The position numbers and the translations under genes are program-made. The notes below the pieces were generated by a model. It was given only the letters and a program-made list of their open reading frames with translations. It was not told the origin of the DNA and searched no databases. A stretch of 64,000 nt of DNA, taken from a virus. Lineage: Duplodnaviria; Caudoviricetes. The stretch spans positions 32,001 to 96,000 of IMG/VR virus record IMGVR_UViG_3300032138_000647. One strand, given 5' to 3'. This document shows, piece by piece, positions 29,927-38,678 of this stretch. Within the stretch, counting starts at the first letter, position 1. Each line of letters begins with the position of its first letter.

Positions 29927-30556
29927 ATGCTATGGTGCAAGGGGCTTTGGTGTAAGCTTGTTTTCCGAGTAATGGAAAGCAAAGCTTATTCTTGGATCAT
30001 GGACAAGATACCTTTTATAAGGTTTTGTCTGTATTATACCTCTACGCATGGTCAAGAATACAAAAGGGGTTATTCTATACTCCGCGCTGGAGACATTATA
30101 CTAACCAGAGACAACTGGAAGCTGACCACCTTTCTAATTCCCGGAGAATTTCCGCATGCCGCCCTCTGCGTGTCCAAGGGTGGCGACTTTGAAGTGGCGG
30201 AAATGACAAGGGTGGGGTTTAGGAAAAGCGAATTCTACGACATATGCCACGAGTCTGACAGGGTGGTCATAATACGTTGCAAGGATTGGGATAAAGATTA
30301 TATAGAGAAGGTGGTGGAGAAATGCCTGTCGTTTGATGGGGCAAACTACGACATTAAGTTTGAGTTGGGGGTTAAGGCTCTATACTGCTCAGAATTAGTA
30401 GTAGCCAGCGATCCAGAAAAAAGACTTATAGTTTCTTATGGAGACTTAATCGGCCTAGGCCGCCCCTATATATCACCTATGGGAATTTACGCTGCTAAAA
30501 ACATAGAGGTGGTGTGGGATTCTAAAGAGTATAAATGTAGTTTAACAGGGAGATAG
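29927..30556 (+). CDS. Permuted papain-like NlpC/P60 (YiiX/YaeF-type) cysteine hydrolase
   Basis: GDIILTR...PHAALCV (His first) and YD...LYCSELV (Cys later) give the permuted catalytic order. Confidence 0.85.
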   Translation: MLWCKGLWCKLVFRVMESKAYSWIMDKIPFIRFCLYYTSTHGQEYKRGYSILRAGDIILTRDNWKLTTFLIPGEFPHAALCVSKGGDFEVAEMTRVGFRKSEFYDICHESDRVVIIRCKDWDKDYIEKVVEKCLSFDGANYDIKFELGVKALYCSELVVASDPEKRLIVSYGDLIGLGRPYISPMGIYAAKNIEVVWDSKEYKCSLTGR

Positions 30557-30558
30557 CG

Positions 30559-30777
30559 ATGCTCAATATTCTAAAGCGGTTTAAGGTTCAGGCGGCTCTG
30601 GTTGCACTGTGTGGGTTAACTTGGGGGTTCTGTCCGTGGTTTGCTCAGCTAAGGTCAGCTAATGCCAAAGATTGCGCTTGCGAGACGTGTGTAGCTTCTT
30701 GTGAGCATATGAGTGGTGACGCATGTGACTGTCACGACAACGGGTGTGGATGCCCAATGTGCGTACCGGCAGAGTAG
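30559..30777 (+). CDS. Small Cys-rich metallothionein-like protein with a hydrophobic N-terminal leader (72 aa)
   Basis: GGGAG RBS. The C-terminal half KDCACETCVASCEHMSGDACDCHDNGCGCPMC has 9 Cys and 2 His. Basic plus hydrophobic N-terminus. Confidence 0.55.
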   Translation: MLNILKRFKVQAALVALCGLTWGFCPWFAQLRSANAKDCACETCVASCEHMSGDACDCHDNGCGCPMCVPAE

Positions 30778-30835
30778 AACTTACTATAACTTCACAGCTA
30801 ATGACCCCTAGCTGGGGTAAAGCGAGGTGAAAAGC

Positions 30836-30865
30836 AGAAAGCCCCCTTTCGGGGGCTTTCTTTTT
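30836..30865. terminator. Bidirectional rho-independent terminator between the convergent structural and replication/glycan modules
   Basis: 11-bp stem AGAAAGCCCCC/GGGGGCTTTCT with a TTTC loop, a T-run on the 3' side and an A-rich 5' side. Confidence 0.9.
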
Positions 30866-30884
30866 AGGCTTGCTCGTGTAGCTT

Positions 30885-31220
30885 TTACTCGTTCTTCTCA
30901 GTCTTTGGGTTCCACTTAACCCAGCCACCGTCAGGCAACCAGTTGCCTTCACTATCCTTGCGTTTAGGAAAGAGACCACCGCCCTTCTTGTTAGAGCCAA
31001 ACGAGAGCCTAGCCCCGCAGCTTGAACATCTTAACTCGTGGTACTGATTGTCATCCACAGTTCTGACAACGAACTTCACATCGTCACATTTGCATTTGGC
31101 GCAGCAGTCCTGCTCAAACACCTCTTGAAACCTGCCTATCTGTGCGAACAGATCTCTGTGAGAATCACCCTCGATTTCTACGCTAATTCTTTTATTGTTT
31201 GTAGTGTAGGTTAATTTCAT
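30885..31220 (-). CDS. Zinc-ribbon protein (about 111 aa), likely partner of the annealing protein
   Basis: CAKC...CSSC motifs. Start reassigned to ATG 31220 (TAATG overlap). Confidence 0.6.
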   Translation of the reverse strand: MKLTYTTNNKRISVEIEGDSHRDLFAQIGRFQEVFEQDCCAKCKCDDVKFVVRTVDDNQYHELRCSSCGARLSFGSNKKGGGLFPKRKDSEGNWLPDGGWVKWNPKTEKNE

Positions 31221-31993
31221 TAGCTTCTCCACTCCTCTTTGTAGCCTGTAATTGACTCTGGAATACTAGTTTTATCTCTTTGATACTCGTTAAGCTGATC
31301 TATGATATCGCTAGCTACTTTTTTGGACACCTTACGATTGCTGTCCACACTAAATATTTGTTTGAACAAGGTCTCGCCATTCACGTCAAGCTGTCTGCAC
31401 TTGACATCAATGAAGTTGTATTGAGCATCGCTCATACGCGCCTCTTCATTAAAATCACCATCTTGAGAGGCTCCAGAAGCGGCCCTAGATGCCTTGCGAA
31501 CAAGCTCAGCAGTGTTCTTGCTGGTGATTTCCTCTGCTGCAACGCCTTTAATTTTGAGAGCCTTTCTCAGTGCTCTGCCCTCTGCTCTGGTGCTTGCTGT
31601 TGCGACGGCATAGGCACAAAACATGTCATCTGTGTTGCCTTCCCAAACGTCAGCGACCTCTGAATACCTCATTCCGCTTTGGAATTCTACAGTGAATACG
31701 ACAGTGGCTCTACCGTGATGATCGTCGCGCTGAACTGGGAACACCTGCGTAGGCCCACTGAAGACAATAGGCCCCAGCACAAGCTCAGACACCCGCCTTA
31801 AGCCAGCTACCAGCGGATTACCATCAATAAGCTCTGACTCATCAAACAGAGACAGAACATGTTCGTTCCACTCAGGTGACAGCATGGACGGGGCTTCTTC
31901 CACAAGCACGTTCTTGACAGAGGTGTCTACATCTTCCGACATTTGCAATTCCATAGTTTCAAACATATCTTCTTCCTCTTTCTTTTGGTTCAT
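31220..31993 (-). CDS. Rad52/Sak-like single-strand annealing protein
   Basis: ATVVFTVEF...YSEVAD...AYAVATASTRAEGRALRKAL matches the Rad52-fold helix. C-terminal SDAQ...ASDIIDQL module. Confidence 0.55.
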   Translation of the reverse strand: MNQKKEEEDMFETMELQMSEDVDTSVKNVLVEEAPSMLSPEWNEHVLSLFDESELIDGNPLVAGLRRVSELVLGPIVFSGPTQVFPVQRDDHHGRATVVFTVEFQSGMRYSEVADVWEGNTDDMFCAYAVATASTRAEGRALRKALKIKGVAAEEITSKNTAELVRKASRAASGASQDGDFNEEARMSDAQYNFIDVKCRQLDVNGETLFKQIFSVDSNRKVSKKVASDIIDQLNEYQRDKTSIPESITGYKEEWRS

Positions 31994-32754
31994 AATTCGA
32001 TCTCAATATAACGGTTTGGTTCCGATGGGAATTCTTTCTTAATCAATTCTAAGCGGGAATCAATTTTCTCAAGCAAGCCTACCTTGCCACTGAGAGAAAC
32101 GAAATCGCTCCTACAATTTACCCTTATTATAACAAACCCTTTGCTTAAAATCAAGCCCGTTTTTTGCGCGTCTGACTTAATTTGCTTTTGAAGTTTCTCT
32201 TCGCCCCATATGGGAAAGAAGTGTGAAGGGCCATCTACTTCTATTATAGTCTTGAGGTCTGGAATGTACAGATCAATTTCCAGATTTTCGTTAGGAATTA
32301 AGTTCTTGCGATGAAATTCCACATAATGCCCGGCATTTGCAAGCTCTTCTCTCAGAAATTTTTCTAACTTAGAGCCTTCTTTGCCAGCCATCTGGATCGC
32401 CTTGATGGCCATGCTTGATATATTTTTTCTCTCTAGCTCGCTCATGGCATACCATCTTTGTTTGGCTCCCTCAACCCGCTGTTTGTACTCTTCTTCGTTC
32501 ATGTTCTTCCAGTACCTATGCACAGAAGAGCTTATCTTAAGCCTCTCTGCCTTGGTTCTAGCTTTGCCGTCTGTGGGGTGCGTAGCTCTGCCTCCCTGTA
32601 GGGCGTTTTGCTGAGCTTCGCTTCGGCTCTTTATCTGCACACCGTGCTTCTTGAGAATACGACGAATCTTATTAGGATAAGTACCTATACTTTCCGCAAT
32701 CTCATACGTGCTCTTGCCCTTTTCGTACAGGGATATAATCTTTCTTTCGTTCAT
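31990..32754 (-). CDS. Free-standing homing-endonuclease-like protein (HTH, NUMOD3-like, DUF559/Vsr-type nuclease)
   Basis: N-terminal HTH (STYEIAESIGTYPNKIRRIL), GKARTKAERLKIS motif, and C-terminal EIDLYIPDLKTIIEVDGPSHF. Confidence 0.7.
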   Translation of the reverse strand: MNERKIISLYEKGKSTYEIAESIGTYPNKIRRILKKHGVQIKSRSEAQQNALQGGRATHPTDGKARTKAERLKISSSVHRYWKNMNEEEYKQRVEGAKQRWYAMSELERKNISSMAIKAIQMAGKEGSKLEKFLREELANAGHYVEFHRKNLIPNENLEIDLYIPDLKTIIEVDGPSHFFPIWGEEKLQKQIKSDAQKTGLILSKGFVIIRVNCRSDFVSLSGKVGLLEKIDSRLELIKKEFPSEPNRYIEIEL

Positions 32755-33200
32755 TGTTTCACCTGCTGTAATATTTCTGGTAAACTAAAGTTGTCCACTA
32801 ATCCTATAGGTTTGTGTCCGGTAAGTCTGCTAAGTTCGCGGGCACCATCCCCGTCCCTACAAACAGTTTTGACGGCGGGGTTGGTCAATAAATCTATCAA
32901 CGCAAAAGTATGGTTCTTCGGCTCCCAGCCATGGTAGAAGTATACTTTGAACTTATTTACTATGTTTAGTGCAGTCCTAGTTGACTCTATGTCAGTTGTT
33001 ATTAGGGTGCCTGTGAAATTCCACAGGTCAGTAGAGTTAAAGCAGCCGAATTTCATGGTGGCCTTATTGCCACCCACGGAGTCATAGAAAAGGCTGGCGT
33101 CATTCAGGAGGCCCTTGCTCAGGCCCGTATTAAGGGATTCTATTGCGCGCTGCACTGGCGGGCACTCTCTTAGCGAGCTAAAATATATTCCTAGATTCAT
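32751..33200 (-). CDS. Hypothetical protein, possibly a single glycosyltransferase-like Rossmann domain
   Basis: beta/alpha pattern (MNLGIYF, GTLITTD, VYFYHGWE). Last gene of the glycan island. Confidence 0.4.
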   Translation of the reverse strand: MNLGIYFSSLRECPPVQRAIESLNTGLSKGLLNDASLFYDSVGGNKATMKFGCFNSTDLWNFTGTLITTDIESTRTALNIVNKFKVYFYHGWEPKNHTFALIDLLTNPAVKTVCRDGDGARELSRLTGHKPIGLVDNFSLPEILQQVKQ

Positions 33201-33204
33201 TGTT

Positions 33205-33624
33205 TTACCTATCTAAACTGTATCTCATGGTATAACCTGCGGGTATAAACCCACACTTGACGTAAAAGGGGATTACGTTTTCTGCACAATCTAATATAAC
33301 CTTGTAGCACTCCTTGTCTTCTGCGTGTCCTATGCAAGCCTCAATTAGAGATCTTCCCACACCCTTGATTCTTCGGGAATTGTCTACTACAACATCTTCA
33401 ACGTGCCCTACCCTGCTTCCACAGTGAAGGAACTTGTCTTCTATGAAGATTGTAGCGGTTCCTATCACATCGTCTCCTTCAACAAAAACAAACGTCTTGC
33501 TGGAACCACTTAGGTAAGCCTCCCACATATTATACACATTGTGCGGCTTTACGTCTCCGCTAAGCTGTGAAAGGAGTTCAAAATAGTCACGCTTAAGGTC
33601 CGATTCTTTAATTTCTCGTATCAT
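33205..33624 (-). CDS. Glucosamine-6-phosphate N-acetyltransferase (GNA1-type GNAT)
   Basis: EDKFLH...GHVEDVVVD..RxKGVGRSLI...CYKVILDC...FYVKCGF are GNA1 hallmarks. ATGA-coupled to glmS, start reassigned to 33624. Confidence 0.85.
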   Translation of the reverse strand: MIREIKESDLKRDYFELLSQLSGDVKPHNVYNMWEAYLSGSSKTFVFVEGDDVIGTATIFIEDKFLHCGSRVGHVEDVVVDNSRRIKGVGRSLIEACIGHAEDKECYKVILDCAENVIPFYVKCGFIPAGYTMRYSLDR

Positions 33625-35216
33625 ACTGTCACACACTTCGCTAAATTTCTAGGTCTATCGGGATTAATTCCTCTTCCTACGGCTATATAATATGACAGCA
33701 GTTGGAGGACAACGTTTAACACTAGAGATTGAGAATACTGCTCACCCGTATCCTTGCAGGAGAGAACGATATCTAAGCCCTTGTCAAGCAAATCGTTTTC
33801 CACGGCGTGGTGAGTGATCACTACAACAAAACCTCTTCTTGATTTAATTTCCTGTATGTTTGATAGGGTCTCAGGGGAAAACCCTTCAGTTATTATGAAC
33901 AGGCTGGGTACTCTGTGGTCTACAAGAGCGATGGGGCCATGCTTCATCTCTGACGAGGGCATTCCCTCTGCGTGTACGTAGGAAACTTCCTTAAACTTCA
34001 AAGCTCCCTCAAGAGCAATGGGATAATTCTGCCTATCTCCTAGGAATATAAAGTGTTCATAGCCCATGATTCTGCTGGCTATCTCTTCTATTTCACCAGT
34101 TCTCTCCAGCACGTCCCTTATTCCTGACTGTAACCCATCCAAGGAAATACCAGCCGACTGACACAGCTTCATGCATGACATGGTAAAAGTTTTTGTGGCT
34201 GCCACCGCCTCCTCTGGCCCGACATCCATCCCGATGGGTTTACTGGACATGTCGTATAAGGTTGAGTATGGATTGTTGGTAATACATGCAAAATCGCCCT
34301 TACCCCTAAGAGCATTAATCACATCCTTTGTTTCTCCGCTTTGACTGATAGCCAGCAAGTCTACACCTAGCGATCTATATCGTGCTTGGCTGGCGTGTAA
34401 ACATCTAACTTGGATTGACCTCTTCTTTTCTAGGGCGTAAGAGCCGAACATGGCAGCGTGGAGGCTGCTTCCAGTTGCGATAATATCAACGTCGCGTTCT
34501 ATCCGGCACCATTGATTGCTTTCTAGCGTTGCCTGCTCCCCTATTTCCGCCAGCATCTTATGTCCTGACTTGATTTTAGATTGGCATACTGCTGGGACAT
34601 CCACCCTGCGGTAAGAGTAGCCAATCATATCTATAAGTCCTTCAACCGAGCAGAACCCGTCCTCCAGCACCCACGCTTCAGTATCAAAACCCGCTAAAGC
34701 ATTCAAGTCGCTGCTAACATACCCCTTCGGGGTAATGAAAAGCCTTTTGCTCCCTTGGGCGAAGCAAAACATTTCTCCAGTATCCCGGCACAGAGCAACA
34801 ACAGCATTGTCTCCCTCTATAGTACCCCATGCGTCTAGCACACCCTTCTCTCTTAGTAGTATTGCTATCCATTTGGTATCCAGAATTCCCGCTGGAGCAT
34901 TCTCTACCACGCCGTTGTGTACGACATAATAGTTGCCAGCTACCTGTGGGTGGGCATTTTCCACCGTCACTTCGCCATTGGTGGCCCACCTAACATGACC
35001 AATTACCGCCTCGTACTCACCATGAAATGCAGACTCGTCTACAGAGCCTAGCTGCTTAACTACACTAACTTCGCCGTCCTTTAGGGCAGCATATCCGAAG
35101 CTGTCGTAACCGCGATACTCCAAGCGAGATAGTCCTGTATAGGTATCCCACAAAGAGTTATCAGGTGATTCGGCAGTCGGCTCCGCACTGTTTATTGATC
35201 CAAATATTCCGCACAT
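33621..35216 (-). CDS. glmS: Glutamine--fructose-6-phosphate aminotransferase (compact, 531 aa)
   Basis: MCGIFG (catalytic Cys), LEYRGYDS, GHVRWAT, HNG, SQSGET, AVAATKTF, EGALKFKE, KHGP and PRNLAK motifs. Confidence 0.95.
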   Translation of the reverse strand: MCGIFGSINSAEPTAESPDNSLWDTYTGLSRLEYRGYDSFGYAALKDGEVSVVKQLGSVDESAFHGEYEAVIGHVRWATNGEVTVENAHPQVAGNYYVVHNGVVENAPAGILDTKWIAILLREKGVLDAWGTIEGDNAVVALCRDTGEMFCFAQGSKRLFITPKGYVSSDLNALAGFDTEAWVLEDGFCSVEGLIDMIGYSYRRVDVPAVCQSKIKSGHKMLAEIGEQATLESNQWCRIERDVDIIATGSSLHAAMFGSYALEKKRSIQVRCLHASQARYRSLGVDLLAISQSGETKDVINALRGKGDFACITNNPYSTLYDMSSKPIGMDVGPEEAVAATKTFTMSCMKLCQSAGISLDGLQSGIRDVLERTGEIEEIASRIMGYEHFIFLGDRQNYPIALEGALKFKEVSYVHAEGMPSSEMKHGPIALVDHRVPSLFIITEGFSPETLSNIQEIKSRRGFVVVITHHAVENDLLDKGLDIVLSCKDTGEQYSQSLVLNVVLQLLSYYIAVGRGINPDRPRNLAKCVTV

Positions 35217-35986
35217 TATAGACTCCCAACAAGCTTAGCTTTATGTATCAGTGGTTCGAGTTTGCTTAATGGAATTACATTTTCCCCGTCAGACATGGCT
35301 TCGCTTGGTCGAGGGTGGGTCTCTGCGAACACCCCGTCGTAGTTGAATAAATCGGCAGCTACTAAGTATCTACCCGCTAGAATTGGGTCACCCTGTGTTC
35401 CATACACGTCCCTAGATCTTTGTGTAGCATGGGTACAGTCTAATATCACTTTATTATAGTGCTTTTTTAGCTCATCTACAATACTAAAATTTACAAATAA
35501 TTCATGATATCCAAAGTTAGAACCTCTGTCACATGCCCAAGCTTCACAGTCAGGGTTGACGGCTTTTATTTTCTCTAGTGAAAAAATTAAGCTGCTTGGC
35601 CCCATCCACTGACCTTTCTTAACGTTGACTATCGGAAAATGCCTTGCAGCCTCTGTGATGAGATCAGTTTGCCTAGACAGGAAGGCTGGTATTTGGATTA
35701 CGTCAATCAGATCTGCCAACTCTTCTGCTTGCCAGCATTCATGTATGTCTGTAGTAAGCTTAAGGCGGGGATACAAGCTCTTGGCTTCACTCCAAATTTC
35801 TTTTGCAAGATCTAGTCCGGGACCACGCAGGCTGTGCACAGATGTCCTGTTGGCTTTATCAAAGCTAGCCTTCATGTACCAGTCGTCGTCAGGCTCCATC
35901 ATTGAGCCTATAGACACCAAGCACTCCATGAAAAGCTCCCTGCTCTCAAGTGAGCATGGACCCAAAATCCAGACCTTATTTTTCAT
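35216..35986 (-). CDS. kdsA: KDO-8-phosphate synthase (metal-dependent type)
   Basis: GPCSLES, KASFDKANRTS, QIPAFLSRQTDL, NVKKGQ, DxTH and ETHP..SDG motifs. Confidence 0.92.
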   Translation of the reverse strand: MKNKVWILGPCSLESRELFMECLVSIGSMMEPDDDWYMKASFDKANRTSVHSLRGPGLDLAKEIWSEAKSLYPRLKLTTDIHECWQAEELADLIDVIQIPAFLSRQTDLITEAARHFPIVNVKKGQWMGPSSLIFSLEKIKAVNPDCEAWACDRGSNFGYHELFVNFSIVDELKKHYNKVILDCTHATQRSRDVYGTQGDPILAGRYLVAADLFNYDGVFAETHPRPSEAMSDGENVIPLSKLEPLIHKAKLVGSL

Positions 35987-36353
35987 CTATCGAAGCTCCG
36001 CCTGTATCTATTCTAACAATATCCTTAGCGTCTAGCTCGTCAGTCCAATAAACCTCCAAAGCTTTGGTGTTTTCTAATGCCTCGAATCGGTGCTCTACTT
36101 CTGGGGGGACATCAGAAAACATCCCGTCTGTGAGAATGGTTATGTCTTCCCCCCCATTCTTGTAGATGGTGATCTTAAGCGAGCCTTCCAAGATAATAAA
36201 CCTATTCCACTTATTTTTGTGGTAATGGCGAGAGCAGAACCCTCCCTTGTTGGCTTCTATGTAGTGAACTTCGCTACTGCTGTTTTCAAAAAAGCACCTA
36301 GTGCTTCCCCAAAATTTGCCTTGTATTGAACCTGTTAAAGTTTTATGACCCAT
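35976..36353 (-). CDS. Cupin-domain protein (possible sugar isomerase/epimerase)
   Basis: SRHYHKNKWNRFIILEG...VPPEVEHRF cupin motifs. Confidence 0.75.
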   Translation of the reverse strand: MGHKTLTGSIQGKFWGSTRCFFENSSSEVHYIEANKGGFCSRHYHKNKWNRFIILEGSLKITIYKNGGEDITILTDGMFSDVPPEVEHRFEALENTKALEVYWTDELDAKDIVRIDTGGASIDEK

Positions 36354-36371
36354 GCTGTTGTCCTCTATATC

Positions 36372-37349
36372 TTATGAAAAGTGACGTTTAATATATTCCC
36401 ACGCTTCCCCAGACTTCAATTCTTCTTGGTTCCATTGGGCATAGCCCAAGTTGTTGCACCACTGGGTTAGGTCTCCCCTCTTAGGGCTGTTTATTTCGCA
36501 TATGTCGTGACTACATTCGTCGTAGGCTACAGAGTCTCTGGAGGTTGTAATTGCGGGGTAGCCACTTAGTAGGGAGTCAATAGCTCCATTGCTGGCACAG
36601 GAAACTACACACCAACTATCTATGAGATAGTCGCACATTTTAGCCTCCTCTCCGGCTGACACCATGAAGCCTAGTATATCATAGCTTGCAAAGCATGGGA
36701 GTACAATACAATTCTCCACAGGCTGGGGCTTGTACCGCTGCATGCGATGGGGCTTATAGATAATTTTCTTATCGGTGTGCTTTCTTATTTCTTTCAGGAT
36801 AAAGTTAGACCAATCCAGAAACGATAAGCCTTTTTCTCTTAAGGTTTTTGTTCCTTGGCCGTGCTCGTTTTGGCCCAGAACCAATATGTTGTTTCCACCT
36901 TCTGCCCACTGCGGAATTGGTATACCTAGCTTATTCCATCTGTCTGATGGGCTGTTGGCAGTGTGTAGAAGTCCGGGACGCTTGATCTCGTTGATGCAGA
37001 TTGAGAAAAAATCCCGGTGCCAGACAAAACCCCTGTCCAGTATAACCCTAGGTTTGTTGTTCTTCTTTTGAACATGGACAATGCCTGCCCTAAAGTTTTC
37101 TATACCCTCTTCAAAAGCTCCGCATGGTCTCCCTTCGCTATATGCCATAAGCGGCCCAGTATCATCATCAGAATAATGTTGGTCGGCAACTTGAATCGAA
37201 ACGTCGCACTCGGCTCCCAAAAACTCCAACTGTTTCTGCTCCACAATAGGAATAGGTTGATCTCCGTGGCTCAACACCCCCTCCGCAAAGGCATCCGTCC
37301 AAGACCGCGCCCCTTCCGAAAGCTTGGTTAAGCATACGCCAACAATCAT
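36372..37349 (-). CDS. KpsS/KpsC-like (capsule-synthesis fold) glycosyltransferase, paralog 1
   Basis: ILVLGQ...IIYKPH...VVSCASNGAIDSLLSGYP. Shares the C-terminal QWxxxLxYxQWxxxExxxG with 42184-43089. Confidence 0.55.
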   Translation of the reverse strand: MIVGVCLTKLSEGARSWTDAFAEGVLSHGDQPIPIVEQKQLEFLGAECDVSIQVADQHYSDDDTGPLMAYSEGRPCGAFEEGIENFRAGIVHVQKKNNKPRVILDRGFVWHRDFFSICINEIKRPGLLHTANSPSDRWNKLGIPIPQWAEGGNNILVLGQNEHGQGTKTLREKGLSFLDWSNFILKEIRKHTDKKIIYKPHRMQRYKPQPVENCIVLPCFASYDILGFMVSAGEEAKMCDYLIDSWCVVSCASNGAIDSLLSGYPAITTSRDSVAYDECSHDICEINSPKRGDLTQWCNNLGYAQWNQEELKSGEAWEYIKRHFS

Positions 37350-38086
37350 AGGTACTTTACTCCGTGTTTACGCCAATGGACGCCCTTGAAATGCTGGAGA
37401 TATCCAGACAGGTCTCCGTCCTGTACTACATGGTCGCTGTTGTTGCTGTGAGATACAATGTCTTTTGTTTTTATGTGAGGATTCTCTAATATTGCCACAG
37501 TAAGCATCCAAGCATCGTCCCATCTACGGTAGTTTTGAAAGCTGCCGTCTGCGTACTTTTCAAAAATACACTTGAGCACCTCGTCTCCACCAACGGTTAA
37601 ATCATATCCTACTATGCCAGACTCTATTCCCGTCTTGTGCCACCGCCTGTGTGGCCCAAAGTGATAAAAAACAGCATGCCCATCGAGAACCTCGCCAATC
37701 TTGTTGGCTGTCAGTTTTTTATTAAACACCACATCGGAATCTAGAAAAACTAATTTTTCATACCCCAGCGTAACAGCATGATGCAGGGAAGCTATCTTTC
37801 TAAACCACTCAGACGTTCTTTCGTGGAACCCATTTTCAAAAGTTCCCTCAAACGTTCCGCCTAGCCTGATGGGTATAATCCCCTTGTTGTTTTCTAGCCA
37901 GTCTTGCAGGTAGCTATCTTGATCAAGGTTGTGTAAGATAAACCTGTCGTGCTCAGGGAGGTCTATGTTTCCTTCATAAGCAATCAGAAGATCGCCCTCT
38001 GGCTCGTGTAGAATAAAGGATTCCAAAAGGTTTTTGCCAGTGGCGTTGTACAGGTGCTCATTAAAAGAGGTGACATAAAGAATCAT
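37346..38086 (-). CDS. GT-A fold glycosyltransferase
   Basis: LVFLDSDVVF (DxD), ESGIVGYD, WDD and HFKG motifs. Confidence 0.75.
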   Translation of the reverse strand: MILYVTSFNEHLYNATGKNLLESFILHEPEGDLLIAYEGNIDLPEHDRFILHNLDQDSYLQDWLENNKGIIPIRLGGTFEGTFENGFHERTSEWFRKIASLHHAVTLGYEKLVFLDSDVVFNKKLTANKIGEVLDGHAVFYHFGPHRRWHKTGIESGIVGYDLTVGGDEVLKCIFEKYADGSFQNYRRWDDAWMLTVAILENPHIKTKDIVSHSNNSDHVVQDGDLSGYLQHFKGVHWRKHGVKYL

Positions 38087-38089
38087 GGG

Positions 38090-38677
38090 TTAATTAACTC
38101 CTCTTTCATTATACCCGTATTCGTTGTAGAACTTGGGCTGCGTTTCAAACAGTTTGGCAATAAGCGTATCATCAACACTCAAGCTTTTCGTTGCTGGGTT
38201 AGCCATGTGGACACCTACGCCCCTAATGATTTCGGAATTGAAATCCTCATTAAAGTAATTTAGAAACCCAATCAAATCCTCAGTAATATTTTCCACTTTT
38301 CCAATCTTGAGATCGTTGTTTCGGTATTTTGAGAAATATGTTTCAAAATAGTTAAAGACAATATTTTCATGTTGACAAATATTTGTGATGAATTGTAAAA
38401 ATTGCGGGTGCTGACACTTCGATTCTAGATCATGCCTGTTATCCCAGTTCCAACCCTTTTTGTTTCTGTGTGCGTGCAGGCTTCTCAGCCAAGTGTATGG
38501 ATGCCTCACAAAAAATATGACCCCCATATTTTCGTCAACATCTGGTGTCAAATGAGCGCCGTGCTTATCCGGCAAATCCCTACTGAACGTGGTATTACTG
38601 CTAACCAAACATTTCCTAACAAACCTACCAGCGCATTTTGGAACATGCCCAACGGAGCAGTGTTTTAAGAATAGCAT
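38090..38677 (-). CDS. Sulfotransferase-family protein
   Basis: HVPKCAG (5'-PSB-like) and FFVRHPYTWLRS (3'-PB-like) motifs. Start reassigned to 38677 after AAGGAGG. Confidence 0.7.
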   Translation of the reverse strand: MLFLKHCSVGHVPKCAGRFVRKCLVSSNTTFSRDLPDKHGAHLTPDVDENMGVIFFVRHPYTWLRSLHAHRNKKGWNWDNRHDLESKCQHPQFLQFITNICQHENIVFNYFETYFSKYRNNDLKIGKVENITEDLIGFLNYFNEDFNSEIIRGVGVHMANPATKSLSVDDTLIAKLFETQPKFYNEYGYNERGVN

Positions 38678-38678
38678 G

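Noticed and set aside
30797-30835. Hammerhead- or twister-like ribozyme (CTAATGA-stem-TAAA)
   Set aside because: The core differs from CUGANGA...GAAA at essential positions, and the required flanking stems cannot be built.
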